Shown here: piece by piece, positions 38,758 through 50,125 of the stretch | Layout of the letters: each line of letters opens with the position of its first letter | How positions within the stretch are numbered: position 1 is the stretch's first letter | NCBI GenBank assembly: GCA_016866355.1 | Contig: VGMN01000007.1 | Coordinates: 20,179 to 84,178, forward strand | Length of the DNA: 64,000 bases | Direction: 5' to 3' | From: Bacteroidota bacterium | Lineage (GTDB): Bacteria > Bacteroidota > Bacteroidia > Chitinophagales > Chitinophagaceae | Position numbers and translations under genes: made by a program | Notes under the pieces: generated by a model | Told to the model about the DNA's origin: nothing | The model's input: only the letters and a program-made list of their open reading frames with translations | Databases searched by the model: none

Positions 38758-38976
38758 TTTTATTGATTTTTAAAAACCTATTTCTTGCCTACAATTTGTA
38801 TAACAATAATAGATCCAAAGTGTTGACGCTTACTACATTATTGTATAAGCGACAACTTTCTGAAGGTAGGGTATTTTGCCCTCAAGCCTACTGACATTCG
38901 TATTTTTTAACAATAATTGTATAATTAATAGATTATCAATCTATTAGAATGAAATACTAAACCAAAACCGGCCCTT

Positions 38977-41589
38977 TTAGCGCTGGCTCATTTCCATAGC
39001 TTCACTTCTAAATACAACAGTATTGTCAAACACATCCACTAAAACAGGCTTCCCTTTTTCGATTTCTCCCGCTACAATTTTTTTACTAAGTGCGTTCACT
39101 ATTTCTTTTTGTATCAACCTTTTTAACGGTCTTGCACCCATTTGTACATCGTATCCTTGTTCAGCAAGGTAACGCAATGCATAGTCGCTAAACCGAATTT
39201 CAATACCAGTTGTAGCTAACAATTGCTTTAATCCATTAAGCTGAATCCTCAATACTCCAATCAAATCTTTAGGGAGTAGTGGCTGAAACATAATGATCTC
39301 GTCAATACGATTCAAAAATTCGGGTCTCACCGTACTACGAAGTAAATCCATGACTTGATTGGTTGCCCGCTCAGTAACTGCTGAAAGTGTTTTTTCTGTG
39401 ACCCCGTCAAATGCATCCATGATTAATTCACTTCCTAAATTACTAGTCATGATTACAACAGTATTTCTGAAATTAACAACCCTTCCTTTGTTATCTGTCA
39501 GCCTTCCCTCATCAAGTACCTGCAGCAAAATATTCCATACATCAGGGTGTGCTTTTTCAATTTCATCAAGTAGTACAACACTGTATGGTTTACGTCTGAC
39601 GGCCTCAGTCAGTTGACCCCCTTCTTCATAACCCACATAACCAGGAGGAGCCCCAACTAACCGACTTACAGCATGTTTCTCCTGGTATTCGCTCATATCT
39701 ATCCTGGTTAGCATTGACTCATCATCAAATAAAAAATGTGCGAGTGACTTTGCTAACTCAGTTTTACCTACACCGGTTGTGCCTAAAAAAATAAATGACC
39801 CAATTGGACGTTTTGGATCTTGCAAACCAGCCCGACTCCTGCGAATGGCGTCAGCCACGGCAGTAATGGCTTCCTCTTGACCCACTACCCTTTCGTGTAA
39901 ATGATCTTCCAGCAAAAGCAAGCGATCTCTTTCTGACTGAAGCATTTTTGAAACAGGGATTCCCGTTGCTTTTGCAACAGCTTCTGCAATGTCTTCCGCA
40001 TCTACCTCCTCTTTAAGCAAACGCTTCTCAGTCTCTTGAGACAATTGATTACTCAGCGAGGCTACTAAATTTTCCTGTTCTTTAATTTTACCATAACGGA
40101 TTTCGGCAACTTTACCATAATCACCCTCCCGCTCTGCTCGTTCTGCTTCCAATCGAAGTTGTTCGATGGAAAGCTTTGCAGTTTGCAGTTGATCAACCAA
40201 CTCTTTCTCAGCCACCCACTTTGCTTTCAGCGTATCTCGTTGCACAGCCAAGTTGGCAATTTCGGTATTCAACTCCTTCAATTTCGATTCATCACTTTCA
40301 CGCTTGATCGCTTCTCTTTCAATTTCAAGTTGACGAATTTGTCGCTCCAATGTATCTAATTCTTCAGGCATTGAATTCATCTCAAGACGAAGTTTTGCAG
40401 CACTTTCATCAATCAAGTCAATTGCTTTATCCGGTAGAAATCGGTCGGTAATGTACCGATGAGATAACTCAACTGCAGCAATAATTGCTTCATCTTTTAT
40501 TCTAACATGGTGGTGTGTTTCGTACCGATCTTTTAAGCCGCGTAATATTGAAATAGCATCTTCTGTATTGGGTTCCTCAATGAATACCTTCTGAAATCTA
40601 CGCTCCAATGCTTTGTCTTTTTCAAAATACTTTTGATACTCATTGAGTGTGGTAGCGCCAACAGCACGAAGTTCGCCACGAGAAAGTGCAGGTTTCAAAA
40701 TATTAGCCGCATCCATAGCACCCTCTCCACCACCTGCTCCCACCAATGTGTGTATCTCATCAATAAATAAGATTATTTCGCCATTGGAATCACCTACTTC
40801 TTTTACCACAGCCTTTAATCGCTCCTCAAATTCTCCCTTATACTTGGCACCGGCAATTAACAACCCCATATCCAGTGCATAAATCACTTTGGTCTTTAAA
40901 TTCTCAGGGACATCTCCATTGATAATACGGTGCGCAATCCCTTCTGCAATTGCAGTTTTTCCAACACCAGGCTCACCCACTAAAATGGGGTTATTCTTAG
41001 TGCGTCTGGAAAGGATATGCAAGGTTCTTCTGATTTCCTCATCACGTCCAATTACCGGATCTAATTTCCCTTGTCGTGCTAAATCATTTAAGTTTTTTGC
41101 ATATTTAGACAACGCATTATATTGCTGGGACTGAGTGGAGGAAGTAACCTTCTCACCTTTTCGTAATTCTTTAATAGCCGTGATAAGGCCCGACTCGGAC
41201 AATCCTGCGTTTTTTAATAATTTTCCTACCGGATCATCCCCCTTTACTAAAGCCAACAACAGATGTTCTGGTGTAACAAATTGATCATTAAAAGTTGATA
41301 AGCAAGCTCCCGCGCGGAGTAACAAGGTATTAGCTTCTCTGCTTAGCTGCTGTGCAGGATCACCTTTAACGCGCGGTAATGTAGCTAACAAATCCTCGGT
41401 CTTAGTTGCTACAATAGAGATGGTCACATTATTTTTCTTTAGCAAATACTCAACGGGAGTATCAGCCGCCTCAATCAATGCTTTTAATATGTGAGAAGAT
41501 TCAATTGCGGGTGATTGTGCATTAAATGCCAATTGTTGCGCTTGCTGAATTACTTCGGCAGCCTTAATGGTATAATTTCCGAGATTCAT
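38977..41589 (-). CDS. clpB: Chaperone ClpB
   Basis: Two AAA+ modules (GEPGVGKT; GTTGVGKT), [11 protein letters not shown] and a long coiled-coil middle domain. Confidence 0.97.
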   Translation of the reverse strand: MNLGNYTIKAAEVIQQAQQLAFNAQSPAIESSHILKALIEAADTPVEYLLKKNNVTISIVATKTEDLLATLPRVKGDPAQQLSREANTLLLRAGACLSTFNDQFVTPEHLLLALVKGDDPVGKLLKNAGLSESGLITAIKELRKGEKVTSSTQSQQYNALSKYAKNLNDLARQGKLDPVIGRDEEIRRTLHILSRRTKNNPILVGEPGVGKTAIAEGIAHRIINGDVPENLKTKVIYALDMGLLIAGAKYKGEFEERLKAVVKEVGDSNGEIILFIDEIHTLVGAGGGEGAMDAANILKPALSRGELRAVGATTLNEYQKYFEKDKALERRFQKVFIEEPNTEDAISILRGLKDRYETHHHVRIKDEAIIAAVELSHRYITDRFLPDKAIDLIDESAAKLRLEMNSMPEELDTLERQIRQLEIEREAIKRESDESKLKELNTEIANLAVQRDTLKAKWVAEKELVDQLQTAKLSIEQLRLEAERAEREGDYGKVAEIRYGKIKEQENLVASLSNQLSQETEKRLLKEEVDAEDIAEAVAKATGIPVSKMLQSERDRLLLLEDHLHERVVGQEEAITAVADAIRRSRAGLQDPKRPIGSFIFLGTTGVGKTELAKSLAHFLFDDESMLTRIDMSEYQEKHAVSRLVGAPPGYVGYEEGGQLTEAVRRKPYSVVLLDEIEKAHPDVWNILLQVLDEGRLTDNKGRVVNFRNTVVIMTSNLGSELIMDAFDGVTEKTLSAVTERATNQVMDLLRSTVRPEFLNRIDEIIMFQPLLPKDLIGVLRIQLNGLKQLLATTGIEIRFSDYALRYLAEQGYDVQMGARPLKRLIQKEIVNALSKKIVAGEIEKGKPVLVDVFDNTVVFRSEAMEMSQR

Positions 41590-41774
41590 AGGTTACTATT
41601 TAGTTAGGAGGCACATATAGCGACACCAGTCTACATACTATCAAAAATCATTCAGGTCTGAGATTCCAGCTCAAGAGGAGTAACTTTGTCATAGAAGTTA
41701 ATAAAAGCCTGCATGAAAGTCAGTGTATTCTTTCTAAGCCTGCTAATATTGCAGCAGCCTTCAGTATATCCTTT

Positions 41775-42710
41775 GTGCTTTTAATAGAACAACATACCGC
41801 CATCGTTAAAAAAAGTGCCAGTCAATTAGGCTTTGATTATTGTGGGATTGCACAAGCCAGGAGATTAGAGGAGGACGAACGTAGGCTAACCAAATGGCTT
41901 CAAAAAGGATTACATGGGGAAATGCATTACATGGAAAATTACTTTGACCTACGAGTTGATCCTACCCGGCTCGTACCTGGGGCTCGTTCAGTAATTACCC
42001 TACTCTTGAATTACTTTCCCAGTCAGCAACAAGCTGCTGAAGCACCACGGATTTCAAAATATGCTTTCGGAAAAGATTATCACCTGGTCATAAAAGAAAA
42101 GTTACATGCTTTATTAGGTGAGCTCAAGGAAAAAATTGGCGAAATTGAGGGTAGAGGATTTGTAGACTCAGCTCCCGTACTTGAACGCGCATGGGCTAGA
42201 GAAGCAGGTTTAGGATGGGTAGGAAAAAATGGGAACTTAATTCATAAGCAAGCCGGCTCTTTTTACTTTATTGCTACCCTCATCACAGATTTAACGCTAA
42301 TACCAGATAATCCCTTTACAAAAGACTTCTGCGGATCCTGCACAAAATGTATAGAAGCCTGTCCCACTAGCGCCATATTACCAGAAAAAATAATCGATGG
42401 TAGTCGTTGTATTTCCTATTACACCATTGAACTAAAAGCACACCTAAAACCTTCTATAGAGAATGAAAAGATGGATGGTTGGCTGTTTGGGTGTGATACC
42501 TGCCAGGATGTATGCCCTTGGAATCGTTTCAGCAGACCGCATGTAGCCAACAACTTCAAACCCATTCCAGCAATTTTACAACTCAACACCAGTGAATGGG
42601 AAGAGATGACTGAGGAAACTTTCAAAGAAGTATTTTACAACTCACCACTTAAAAGGACAGGTTTCAACGGAATCAGAAGAAACCTTCAATTACTTAGAGA
42701 AACAAAATAA
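41775..42710 (+). CDS. queG: tRNA epoxyqueuosine(34) reductase
   Basis: ISKYAFGKDYH, VDSAPVLER, and Fe-S motifs CGSCTKCIEACP and GCDTCQDVCPWN. Confidence 0.96.
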   Translation: MLLIEQHTAIVKKSASQLGFDYCGIAQARRLEEDERRLTKWLQKGLHGEMHYMENYFDLRVDPTRLVPGARSVITLLLNYFPSQQQAAEAPRISKYAFGKDYHLVIKEKLHALLGELKEKIGEIEGRGFVDSAPVLERAWAREAGLGWVGKNGNLIHKQAGSFYFIATLITDLTLIPDNPFTKDFCGSCTKCIEACPTSAILPEKIIDGSRCISYYTIELKAHLKPSIENEKMDGWLFGCDTCQDVCPWNRFSRPHVANNFKPIPAILQLNTSEWEEMTEETFKEVFYNSPLKRTGFNGIRRNLQLLRETK

Positions 42711-42734
42711 CATAGGAAATTGCTAGCATGAAAT

Positions 42735-43175
42735 CTATTGGCTAGCCTTCCCTTTCAATTGCTGCAGTTCATTTTCTAATACAAGCCCAAATTTAGATTC
42801 CAGCAGTAAGCTTGAAAATTTCTCCCACGGATACCAATCAAAATAAAAGTCGTAGTAGCGTTGAACTGAACAAGCAGCCCCATTAGCTGCTGAAAACACC
42901 TGGTAGCCAGCAGCCATTTGAATAGCAGCAGTATGCTGAATAAGAATATGACATGTACTATCAGTACTTGTTTGCGTAGAAAATTGCGTACCTGCAGGTA
43001 GCACAGCTTTCCAATAGGAAGGATTTTGAAGTATCCCATTGACCAATGTAGATTCACGCTGAATATCAATAGCCCTTGATACACGAACATGGCTGGGGAA
43101 AAATGAGGAAAGAAGTGTTACTAATAAAAAAAGTGCCCCTACACTCAATAAAACCAACGAAACTATTCGATTCAT
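42735..43175 (-). CDS. Hypothetical membrane-anchored SRPBCC-like protein
   Basis: N-terminal TM, HVRVSRAIDI and WYPWEKFSSLL; typical Bacteroidota hypothetical pattern. Confidence 0.6.
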   Translation of the reverse strand: MNRIVSLVLLSVGALFLLVTLLSSFFPSHVRVSRAIDIQRESTLVNGILQNPSYWKAVLPAGTQFSTQTSTDSTCHILIQHTAAIQMAAGYQVFSAANGAACSVQRYYDFYFDWYPWEKFSSLLLESKFGLVLENELQQLKGKASQ

Positions 43176-43184
43176 TCTTGGCGA

Positions 43185-44303
43185 TTATTCCCAGCGTATA
43201 AGCCGGCTAGTTAAAAAATAAATGAGGAATGTCCAGCCAAGTAACACACCTAGCTCCGTGCCGCAAGCAAGTAAGGATTCCCCTTCAAATGAAATTTTAC
43301 GAAGCGCGTCATTAAAGTGGCGGAGCGGTAATAAAGCACTAATCTGTTGTATCCATCTCGGGAAAACATCTACGGGGAAAAAGGTACCAGACAAAATAAG
43401 CTGAGGCAGCGCAAATAAGTTGATCAAAAGCGGGATAGAGGAATCCACTTTTGCTACGCTACTGATCAATAGTCCGACCCCCATGAGTAAAAAAAGCATG
43501 AGTATGGTCAATAATAAAATAGACAAGAATGTAGTGAGGCCATTATGTAACGTGAAATCCATCACCCAATGTCCAAATGCAATCAATACAGAAACACTCA
43601 CTAATTGAAAAAATAATCTGCTGATCCCAATACCAATTAAAACATTAATAGGACGTATGGGGGTAGCAAAAAATCTTTTCAACACCAGCTGCTCACGTAA
43701 ACCATAGAAAGTAAACGCGATACCAAATAAAGTTGAAAAAAGAATGGAGAATCCAATTTGTCCAGGTAATACAAAATCAATGGGCCTGTAAGGCCTGACC
43801 TCTTCGATAGTGGGAGGAAGCAGTTGAATGGATCTGATACGGTTAGCTTGCGTAGCCTCCTGCTGTAGTATCAAATAATCTAATTGCTGAAGGAAACCAC
43901 CAGTGGTATTGCCACTAGCCGTAGTTGAAGTAAATCGAATTTTAATCGCAGGTGATGCGTTAGCAGATAGATAAGACTCAATAGCCAAGACCCCTGTTAC
44001 CTTACCCCGTAGTAATGCTTGCCGCAAAGAAACGCTATCTGAAAAACGAACAATTTTAACAAATGGATTTTTAATAAGCGCTTGGTAAAATGCATGTGTA
44101 GTATCACTTCCATCCTGAATAGCAACGGCATATTGCATTCCTTTATCCTGACGAAAGGCCCCAAAAATGATTACAAATAAAATAGGAAATGCAATGCTAA
44201 ATACTAGCGCACTTGGGTTTGCCAGTATGGCCTGAAAACTCGCTTTTATTATTGCCAACAAAGCGCGAGATTGGCTATACGTAACAGAATCATTTGAAGC
44301 CAT
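43185..44303 (-). CDS. ABC-2 type transporter permease
   Basis: Two TM blocks around a periplasmic domain. DFVLPGQIG, LKRFFATP and ILSGTFFP. Minus-strand TACATTTG promoter motif at 44316-44309. Confidence 0.9.
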   Translation of the reverse strand: MASNDSVTYSQSRALLAIIKASFQAILANPSALVFSIAFPILFVIIFGAFRQDKGMQYAVAIQDGSDTTHAFYQALIKNPFVKIVRFSDSVSLRQALLRGKVTGVLAIESYLSANASPAIKIRFTSTTASGNTTGGFLQQLDYLILQQEATQANRIRSIQLLPPTIEEVRPYRPIDFVLPGQIGFSILFSTLFGIAFTFYGLREQLVLKRFFATPIRPINVLIGIGISRLFFQLVSVSVLIAFGHWVMDFTLHNGLTTFLSILLLTILMLFLLMGVGLLISSVAKVDSSIPLLINLFALPQLILSGTFFPVDVFPRWIQQISALLPLRHFNDALRKISFEGESLLACGTELGVLLGWTFLIYFLTSRLIRWE

Positions 44304-44343
44304 GAGAACAAATGTATCTCAATTTTAAGGATATTTGAATAAC

Positions 44344-44826
44344 ATGAATCTTGTCTATTTGCTAACTGGTTCTAATCTTGGAGATCGAATTGAAAACCTT
44401 ACTAAGGCAGCTCAACTCATCAATGAAAAAGCAGGAAAACTAGTTACCCATTCTAATTTTTATCAAACAAGTCCTTGGGGGCCCTTGGACCAGCCCGATT
44501 ATATAAATCAAGCATTGTTAATTGAAACAATGCTGAGCCCTTCCTCGTTGATGGAGTTATTGCTTGCGATTGAAGAAAAAATGGGTAGAGTGCGAACCCT
44601 CAAATATGGACCCAGAATTATTGATATCGATATTCTTTTTTTCGGCAGTGAAGTGATTGATACCCCCCTGGTGAAAGTACCCCACCCGGCCGTACAAAAC
44701 CGTCGTTTTGCATTAATTCCGCTAGCAGAGATAGCAGCGTCCTACCTTGACCCAACCACAGGCAAAACCATCAGCCAACTTCTTACTGCTTGTCAAGACC
44801 AGGGTACAGTGTTGCAATTAAATTAA
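44344..44826 (+). CDS. folK: 2-amino-4-hydroxy-6-hydroxymethyldihydropteridine diphosphokinase
   Basis: YLLTGSNLGDR, QPDYINQA, GPRIIDIDILF and VPHP. Confidence 0.96.
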   Translation: MNLVYLLTGSNLGDRIENLTKAAQLINEKAGKLVTHSNFYQTSPWGPLDQPDYINQALLIETMLSPSSLMELLLAIEEKMGRVRTLKYGPRIIDIDILFFGSEVIDTPLVKVPHPAVQNRRFALIPLAEIAASYLDPTTGKTISQLLTACQDQGTVLQLN

Positions 44827-44839
44827 ATTGCAGGCAATT

Positions 44840-45472
44840 ATGAAGTATCAATTCATAACTATAGAAGGTAACATTGGAGCTGGCAAAACCACGCTGGCCC
44901 AATTACTAAGTAGGCATTACAAAGCCCGTTTAATCTTAGAAGAGTTTGCCGACAATCCCTTTCTTCCAAAATTTTACGAAAAACCTGATCAATATGCATT
45001 TCCCGTAGAGCTTTTTTTTATGGCGGAACGGTATAAACAGTTAAAAGAATTACTGCAACAACAAGATCTCTTTCAACAAATCACCATTTCAGATTATTTA
45101 TTCACAAAGTGTTTATTGTTTGCCAAAGTAACGCTACCAGCTGATGAGTACCGCCTCTATCAACGGCTTTTTGATATCATTCACCAACAACTTATACAAC
45201 CAGACTTACTGGTATACTTGCATGCGCCGGTTGAAAAGTTGCAAGAGAATATCAAAAAAAGAAATCGGGCATATGAACAAAATATTTCAGACAATTATTT
45301 ACAACAATTACAAGATACCTACACCCATTACCTTCGACAGCAATCCTCTCGTGCACTTTTTGTAGATGTTAGTGATGCAGATTTTCTTTATAACGATGCC
45401 CATCTACAATCATTGATTAATGCTCTCGATAAAACATACGAATCAGGAATACATTATATTGAGCTCTCATGA
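44840..45472 (+). CDS. Deoxynucleoside kinase
   Basis: ITIEGNIGAGKTT, FFMAER, SDY and PDLLVYLHA. Common neighbour of folK. Confidence 0.92.
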   Translation: MKYQFITIEGNIGAGKTTLAQLLSRHYKARLILEEFADNPFLPKFYEKPDQYAFPVELFFMAERYKQLKELLQQQDLFQQITISDYLFTKCLLFAKVTLPADEYRLYQRLFDIIHQQLIQPDLLVYLHAPVEKLQENIKKRNRAYEQNISDNYLQQLQDTYTHYLRQQSSRALFVDVSDADFLYNDAHLQSLINALDKTYESGIHYIELS

Positions 45473-46713
45473 AACGTTGGCATCAGATACCCTATTTATC
45501 ACAGCCTGTCATCAACACTGAATTCACCGCCTATATTGTTGCTCGCATTTTATTCATTGCCGGCTTACGAATGACCCCGGTGCTTTTAGGGTGGCGTCTT
45601 TATGAAATTACCGGAAGTAAACTAGCCCTGGGAATGCTGGGGTTATCAGAGGTGATCCCCGCTATTGCCCTAGCCCTACCCGCAGGAGTACGTGTTGACC
45701 GAAGTGATAAACGAAAACTGCTTACAATTTGCATGGGACTGTATCTAGTTTTAATGGCAGGGCTTACGATAGCAACTTCTGATTGGTACACGCAACACTA
45801 CTCCAGTAAAATAGCAGAGTGGACCATTTATTTGTTGATGGCAGGCACCGGAGCCGTTCGCGCCTATTCTGGTGCTGCATTTAATGCATTCTTAGCACAA
45901 CTGGTGCCCAGTGAATCGTTGGTAAAAGCTGCGTCTATTAATAGCATGGTTTGGTTGATTGCTGCGGTAATTGGTCCTGCATTTGCAGGATTATTGATGG
46001 GTTATACAAACATCACGGTTGCCTTTATACCTGTATTGGTTCTTCCTTCTATTGCCATATTATTATTTCAACGAATTGCACCAAAACCCATCAGCTGGCA
46101 AGGAAATGCTAAAACTTGGGAAGGGGTAAAAGAAGGATTGCACTTTGTGTGGAATCAAAAAGCATTATTAAGCGCCATGAGCTTAGATATGTTTGCCGTG
46201 CTTTTTGGAGGAGCCGTTGCCTTATTGCCCGCATTTGCCAATGATATCTTGAAAGTTGGACCACAGGGACTAGGCTGGCTGGTTGCCGCTACCTATATTG
46301 GAAATTTTATTGCATTAGCATGGTTCACCAAGAAACCGCTAAAAAAGAATCAAGGAAAAGCACTACTGATTGTGGTGGCCGGTTTTGGCCTTTGTATTTT
46401 AATTTTTGCCTTATCGCAAAGTTTTTGGCTTAGCTTTTTTGCGTTGTTAGCTTCCGGACTTTTTGATGGGGTTAGTATGATTGTTAGAGGTACGATTGTG
46501 CAACTTTTTGTGCCAGATGAGATGAGAGGCCGGGTTTCTGCGGTGAATTCGATGTTCATAAATTCCTCCAATGAATTGGGACAATTTGAAAGTGGTGTGG
46601 CTGCTACTGCAATGGGATTAATTCCATCAGTGATTTTTGGGGGATGTATGACACTACTAATTGCAGGCGTAACCTGGTTCAAAAGTCCCACTCTCCGAAA
46701 ATTTGAATACTAG
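45469..46713 (+). CDS. MFS transporter (EntS/H+ antiporter-like)
   Basis: 12 TM segments. MSLDMFAVLFGGAVALLP, PDEMRGRVSAVN and SSNELGQFESG. Confidence 0.9.
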   Translation: MKRWHQIPYLSQPVINTEFTAYIVARILFIAGLRMTPVLLGWRLYEITGSKLALGMLGLSEVIPAIALALPAGVRVDRSDKRKLLTICMGLYLVLMAGLTIATSDWYTQHYSSKIAEWTIYLLMAGTGAVRAYSGAAFNAFLAQLVPSESLVKAASINSMVWLIAAVIGPAFAGLLMGYTNITVAFIPVLVLPSIAILLFQRIAPKPISWQGNAKTWEGVKEGLHFVWNQKALLSAMSLDMFAVLFGGAVALLPAFANDILKVGPQGLGWLVAATYIGNFIALAWFTKKPLKKNQGKALLIVVAGFGLCILIFALSQSFWLSFFALLASGLFDGVSMIVRGTIVQLFVPDEMRGRVSAVNSMFINSSNELGQFESGVAATAMGLIPSVIFGGCMTLLIAGVTWFKSPTLRKFEY

Positions 46714-47201
46714 GGTTTAGGAATTGCTTCCATCAGTTTTTCTATCACAACATAGGTTATTGGGCAGAAACTAGTATTCTTTAAAGTGAGCGGTACCCTT
46801 TTTACTAAAACATCCTCATCCGTATAGGGAAATCGTCTACAATCAGAAGGCCTGTCCTCGTAAATGCTGCAGTAATTATCGCTACCTAAAAACGGGCAGG
46901 GTAATTGCTGCAATACAAAATCACCATCCTGGTCCTCCTTTAAATAGTTCTCAATAAACTGCCCCTCTTTCATTCCCAATACCTTGCTTATTCTCTTAAT
47001 ATCAGGTGTTTTAAATCGAGGGGAATAGCCCTTACAGCAGTTAGCACAGCTAAGGCAATCCACCTTGTCAAAGGCTTCCTCATGAAAGACCCCCTGACGC
47101 TTCAACACTTCATTTTTTGGCACGCGTTGAAGAAACTGCTTATAGAGTTTTTGACGCTCTGCAGATTTCTTTTCCCAGTTTACTAACAAGGGCTTGTTCA
47201 T
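46710..47201 (-). CDS. YkgJ-family cysteine-cluster protein
   Basis: CLSCANCC, PCPFL, CSIYEDRPSDCRRFPY and a final CP. Confidence 0.88.
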   Translation of the reverse strand: MNKPLLVNWEKKSAERQKLYKQFLQRVPKNEVLKRQGVFHEEAFDKVDCLSCANCCKGYSPRFKTPDIKRISKVLGMKEGQFIENYLKEDQDGDFVLQQLPCPFLGSDNYCSIYEDRPSDCRRFPYTDEDVLVKRVPLTLKNTSFCPITYVVIEKLMEAIPKP

Positions 47202-47225
47202 CAGGCAAAGAAAGGAACTTACCCG

Positions 47226-47233
47226 TAATTTTG
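47226..47233 (+). promoter_or_regulatory. -7 promoter element for gcvP
   Basis: TAATTTTG(CAC) matches TAnnTTTG, about 27 nt upstream of the ATG at 47261. Confidence 0.6.
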
Positions 47234-47260
47234 CACACAAATTGAACGCTTTACCCCACT

Positions 47261-50125
47261 ATGGATATTCTTCGTAACCAAACAACAGAATTTAGCAACC
47301 GACACATTGGCTCTATCAACCAGACCCAAGAAATGCTTGCAGTGATCGGTGAAAAAGACATTGCATCACTGATCAGCAAAACAGTGCCTGCTGGCATCCG
47401 AATGGATCGTGCGTTACAAGTACCCGACGCCATGACAGAGCACACCTATCTGCAACATATCAGCACTGTAGGGCAACAAAACCAAGTTTGGAAAACTTAC
47501 ATTGGACAGGGTTATTACAACACTATTACACCCTCTGTTATTCTTCGCAATATTTTTGAAAACCCAGGATGGTATACACAGTACACTCCGTACCAAGCAG
47601 AAATTGCGCAAGGCCGTTTGGAGAGTTTATTAAACTTCCAAACAATGGTTTCCGATTTAACAGGACTTCCTATTGCAAATGCTTCCTTACTTGATGAGGC
47701 TACTGCCGCTGCTGAAGCCATGACCATGTTCTTCAACACACTGAACAAGCAAGATCATATTGATCGACCTCGTTTTTTTATCGACAAGGAGGTATACTCG
47801 CAAACAAAAGATTTATTACGAACGCGTGCTTTACCTATCCAGATTGAGCTAGTAGAAGGAGATTATAAAACCGCTTCACTTGACGAAACCTACTTTGGGG
47901 CTATTCTTCAATATCCCAACGATAAAGGTGCCATTGTTGATTATCGTCAATTTATTCAAACCGCACATGAAAAGGGAGCCTTTGTAGTAATGGCTACTGA
48001 CCTGCTCGCCCTTACTCTTCTTACCCCTCCCGGAGAATTAGGTGCTGATGCGGCAGTGGGTTCTGCCCAACGATTAGGTGTGCCTTTAGGGTTTGGTGGC
48101 CCCCATGCCGCCTTCTTTGCTACCCGAGATGATTTTAAAAGAAATATCCCCGGACGAATTATTGGAGTAAGTATTGATGCAAAAGGAAAGCGCGCACTTC
48201 GTATGGCACTCCAAACCAGAGAGCAACATATCAAACGTGAAAAAGCAACCTCTAATATTTGTACAGCACAAGCATTACTAGCCAATATGGCTGCGATGTA
48301 TGCGGTTTTTCATGGACCAGATGGCTTAAAAAATATTGCTAGTCGTATCACCACGCTTACACAGTTAGTAGCAGATGCGTTGAAAGAAAGAGGCTACAAA
48401 CTCCTCTCCGCACATTATTTTGATACAATCACAATCCAAACTGATCGCGTATCAACGATTAGAGCTAAAGCAACTGCACAACGCATCAATCTTCGTTACC
48501 CTTGCAATGACTTGGTTGCCCTTTCACTGGACGAAACTACCAGCCTGGAAGATCTCTACGATTTGATCAATTGCTTTGAGGATGATAAACAACCAGTGAG
48601 TTTCTCCTTAGATAAAACACAAATAGCTCAAAACTGGCCCGCTGCATTAAACCGAAACAGTACGTATCTAACGCAGGCTGTTTTCAATACGTGCAAGAGT
48701 GAGAGCCAGATGATGCGCTACATCAAGCAACTAGAAAACAAAGACCTTTCGCTCAATACTTCAATGATCTCACTGGGAAGTTGTACGATGAAATTAAATG
48801 CCGCTAGCGAGATGATTCCACTTAGCTGGCCCGAGTGGAACAGCCTGCATCCTTTTATTCCAAAAGAGCAAGCAAAAGGATATCACACTGTAATGGAAGA
48901 ATTAAGCCAATACTTATGTGATGTGACAGCTTTTGACGCTTGTAGTTTGCAACCTAACAGTGGTGCGCAAGGAGAATATGCTGGACTATTAACCATACGT
49001 GCTTATCACGCCGCACAAGGTAATCCGCATCGTGATGTAATGCTTATTCCGATATCTGCTCACGGCACTAATCCAGCCTCCGCAGTAATGGCTGGTATGA
49101 AAGTGGTGGTAGTAAAAGCGCTAGATAATGGCTACATTGATTTGGATGATCTTCGTCAAAAGGCGGAGGCTAATAGCCAACAATTAGCTGGTATCATGAT
49201 CACCTACCCCAGTACCTATGGGGTATACGAAGAAACTGTAAAAGAAATTACCAGCATTGTTCACCAACACGGTGGACAAGTGTATATGGATGGCGCCAAC
49301 ATGAATGCGCAAGTTGGTCTAACTGCGCCGGGATTAATTGGAGCAGATGTTTGTCACTTGAATCTTCATAAAACATTTGCCATTCCGCATGGTGGTGGTG
49401 GACCTGGCATGGGACCCATTTGTGTAAAAGAACATTTAAAACCATTCCTGCCTGGACACATTACACAAGGCACAGCCGATGCTGTATCTGCAGCTCCCTA
49501 TGGCTCCGCCATGATTCTTTTAATTTCCTATGCCTATATCAGAATGTTGGGTGCAGCCGGTCTCAAAGGAGCCACTGAATATGCAATTTTGAATGCAAAT
49601 TATATGCGAGCAAGATTAGCTGGCCATTATGATATACTTTACACCAATCAAAGTGGACAATGTGCACACGAATTCATAGTTGATTTACGCCCATTCAAAA
49701 AATCAGCAGAAATAGAAGCAGAAGATGTAGCCAAACGATTAATGGACTATGGTTTCCATGCTCCCACAATGAGTTTTCCAGTTGCAGGAACTATTATGAT
49801 TGAACCAACTGAAAGTGAGGACAAGGCCGAATTAGATCGCTTTTGCGATGCCATGATTACTATTCGAGAGGAGATCAGAGCAATTGAAGAAGGAAAAGCA
49901 GATAAGAAAGATAACCCACTAAAAAATGCTCCGCACACCCAAGCAACAGTGATGGCTGATCAGTGGCCCCACGCCTATACGCGCACGAAAGCCGCCTTTC
50001 CGCTTTACTATGTAACACATAATAAATTCTGGCCATCCGTTTCAAGGGTTAACAATACACACGGAGATCGCAATCTGATTTGTACTTGTGAGCCTATGGA
50101 AAGCTACATACAGGAAAAAGCCTAA
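47261..50125 (+). CDS. gcvP: Glycine dehydrogenase (aminomethyl-transferring), single-chain P protein
   Basis: YTPYQAEIAQGRLE, REQHIKREKATSNICTAQ, PLP lysine in HLNLHKTF and EPTESE. Confidence 0.98.
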   Translation: MDILRNQTTEFSNRHIGSINQTQEMLAVIGEKDIASLISKTVPAGIRMDRALQVPDAMTEHTYLQHISTVGQQNQVWKTYIGQGYYNTITPSVILRNIFENPGWYTQYTPYQAEIAQGRLESLLNFQTMVSDLTGLPIANASLLDEATAAAEAMTMFFNTLNKQDHIDRPRFFIDKEVYSQTKDLLRTRALPIQIELVEGDYKTASLDETYFGAILQYPNDKGAIVDYRQFIQTAHEKGAFVVMATDLLALTLLTPPGELGADAAVGSAQRLGVPLGFGGPHAAFFATRDDFKRNIPGRIIGVSIDAKGKRALRMALQTREQHIKREKATSNICTAQALLANMAAMYAVFHGPDGLKNIASRITTLTQLVADALKERGYKLLSAHYFDTITIQTDRVSTIRAKATAQRINLRYPCNDLVALSLDETTSLEDLYDLINCFEDDKQPVSFSLDKTQIAQNWPAALNRNSTYLTQAVFNTCKSESQMMRYIKQLENKDLSLNTSMISLGSCTMKLNAASEMIPLSWPEWNSLHPFIPKEQAKGYHTVMEELSQYLCDVTAFDACSLQPNSGAQGEYAGLLTIRAYHAAQGNPHRDVMLIPISAHGTNPASAVMAGMKVVVVKALDNGYIDLDDLRQKAEANSQQLAGIMITYPSTYGVYEETVKEITSIVHQHGGQVYMDGANMNAQVGLTAPGLIGADVCHLNLHKTFAIPHGGGGPGMGPICVKEHLKPFLPGHITQGTADAVSAAPYGSAMILLISYAYIRMLGAAGLKGATEYAILNANYMRARLAGHYDILYTNQSGQCAHEFIVDLRPFKKSAEIEAEDVAKRLMDYGFHAPTMSFPVAGTIMIEPTESEDKAELDRFCDAMITIREEIRAIEEGKADKKDNPLKNAPHTQATVMADQWPHAYTRTKAAFPLYYVTHNKFWPSVSRVNNTHGDRNLICTCEPMESYIQEKA

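Noticed and set aside
41590-41774. Possible sigma-54 or CIRCE heat-shock element upstream of clpB
   Set aside because: GGCAC...GC has the wrong spacing and is on the wrong strand, and there is no TTAGCACTC inverted repeat.
44344-45472. folK next to a deoxynucleoside kinase as a novel pathway
   Set aside because: This is a common, widely seen gene pairing.
47202-47260. Possible glycine riboswitch before gcvP
   Set aside because: There are only about 27 nt between the promoter motif and the ATG, leaving no room.
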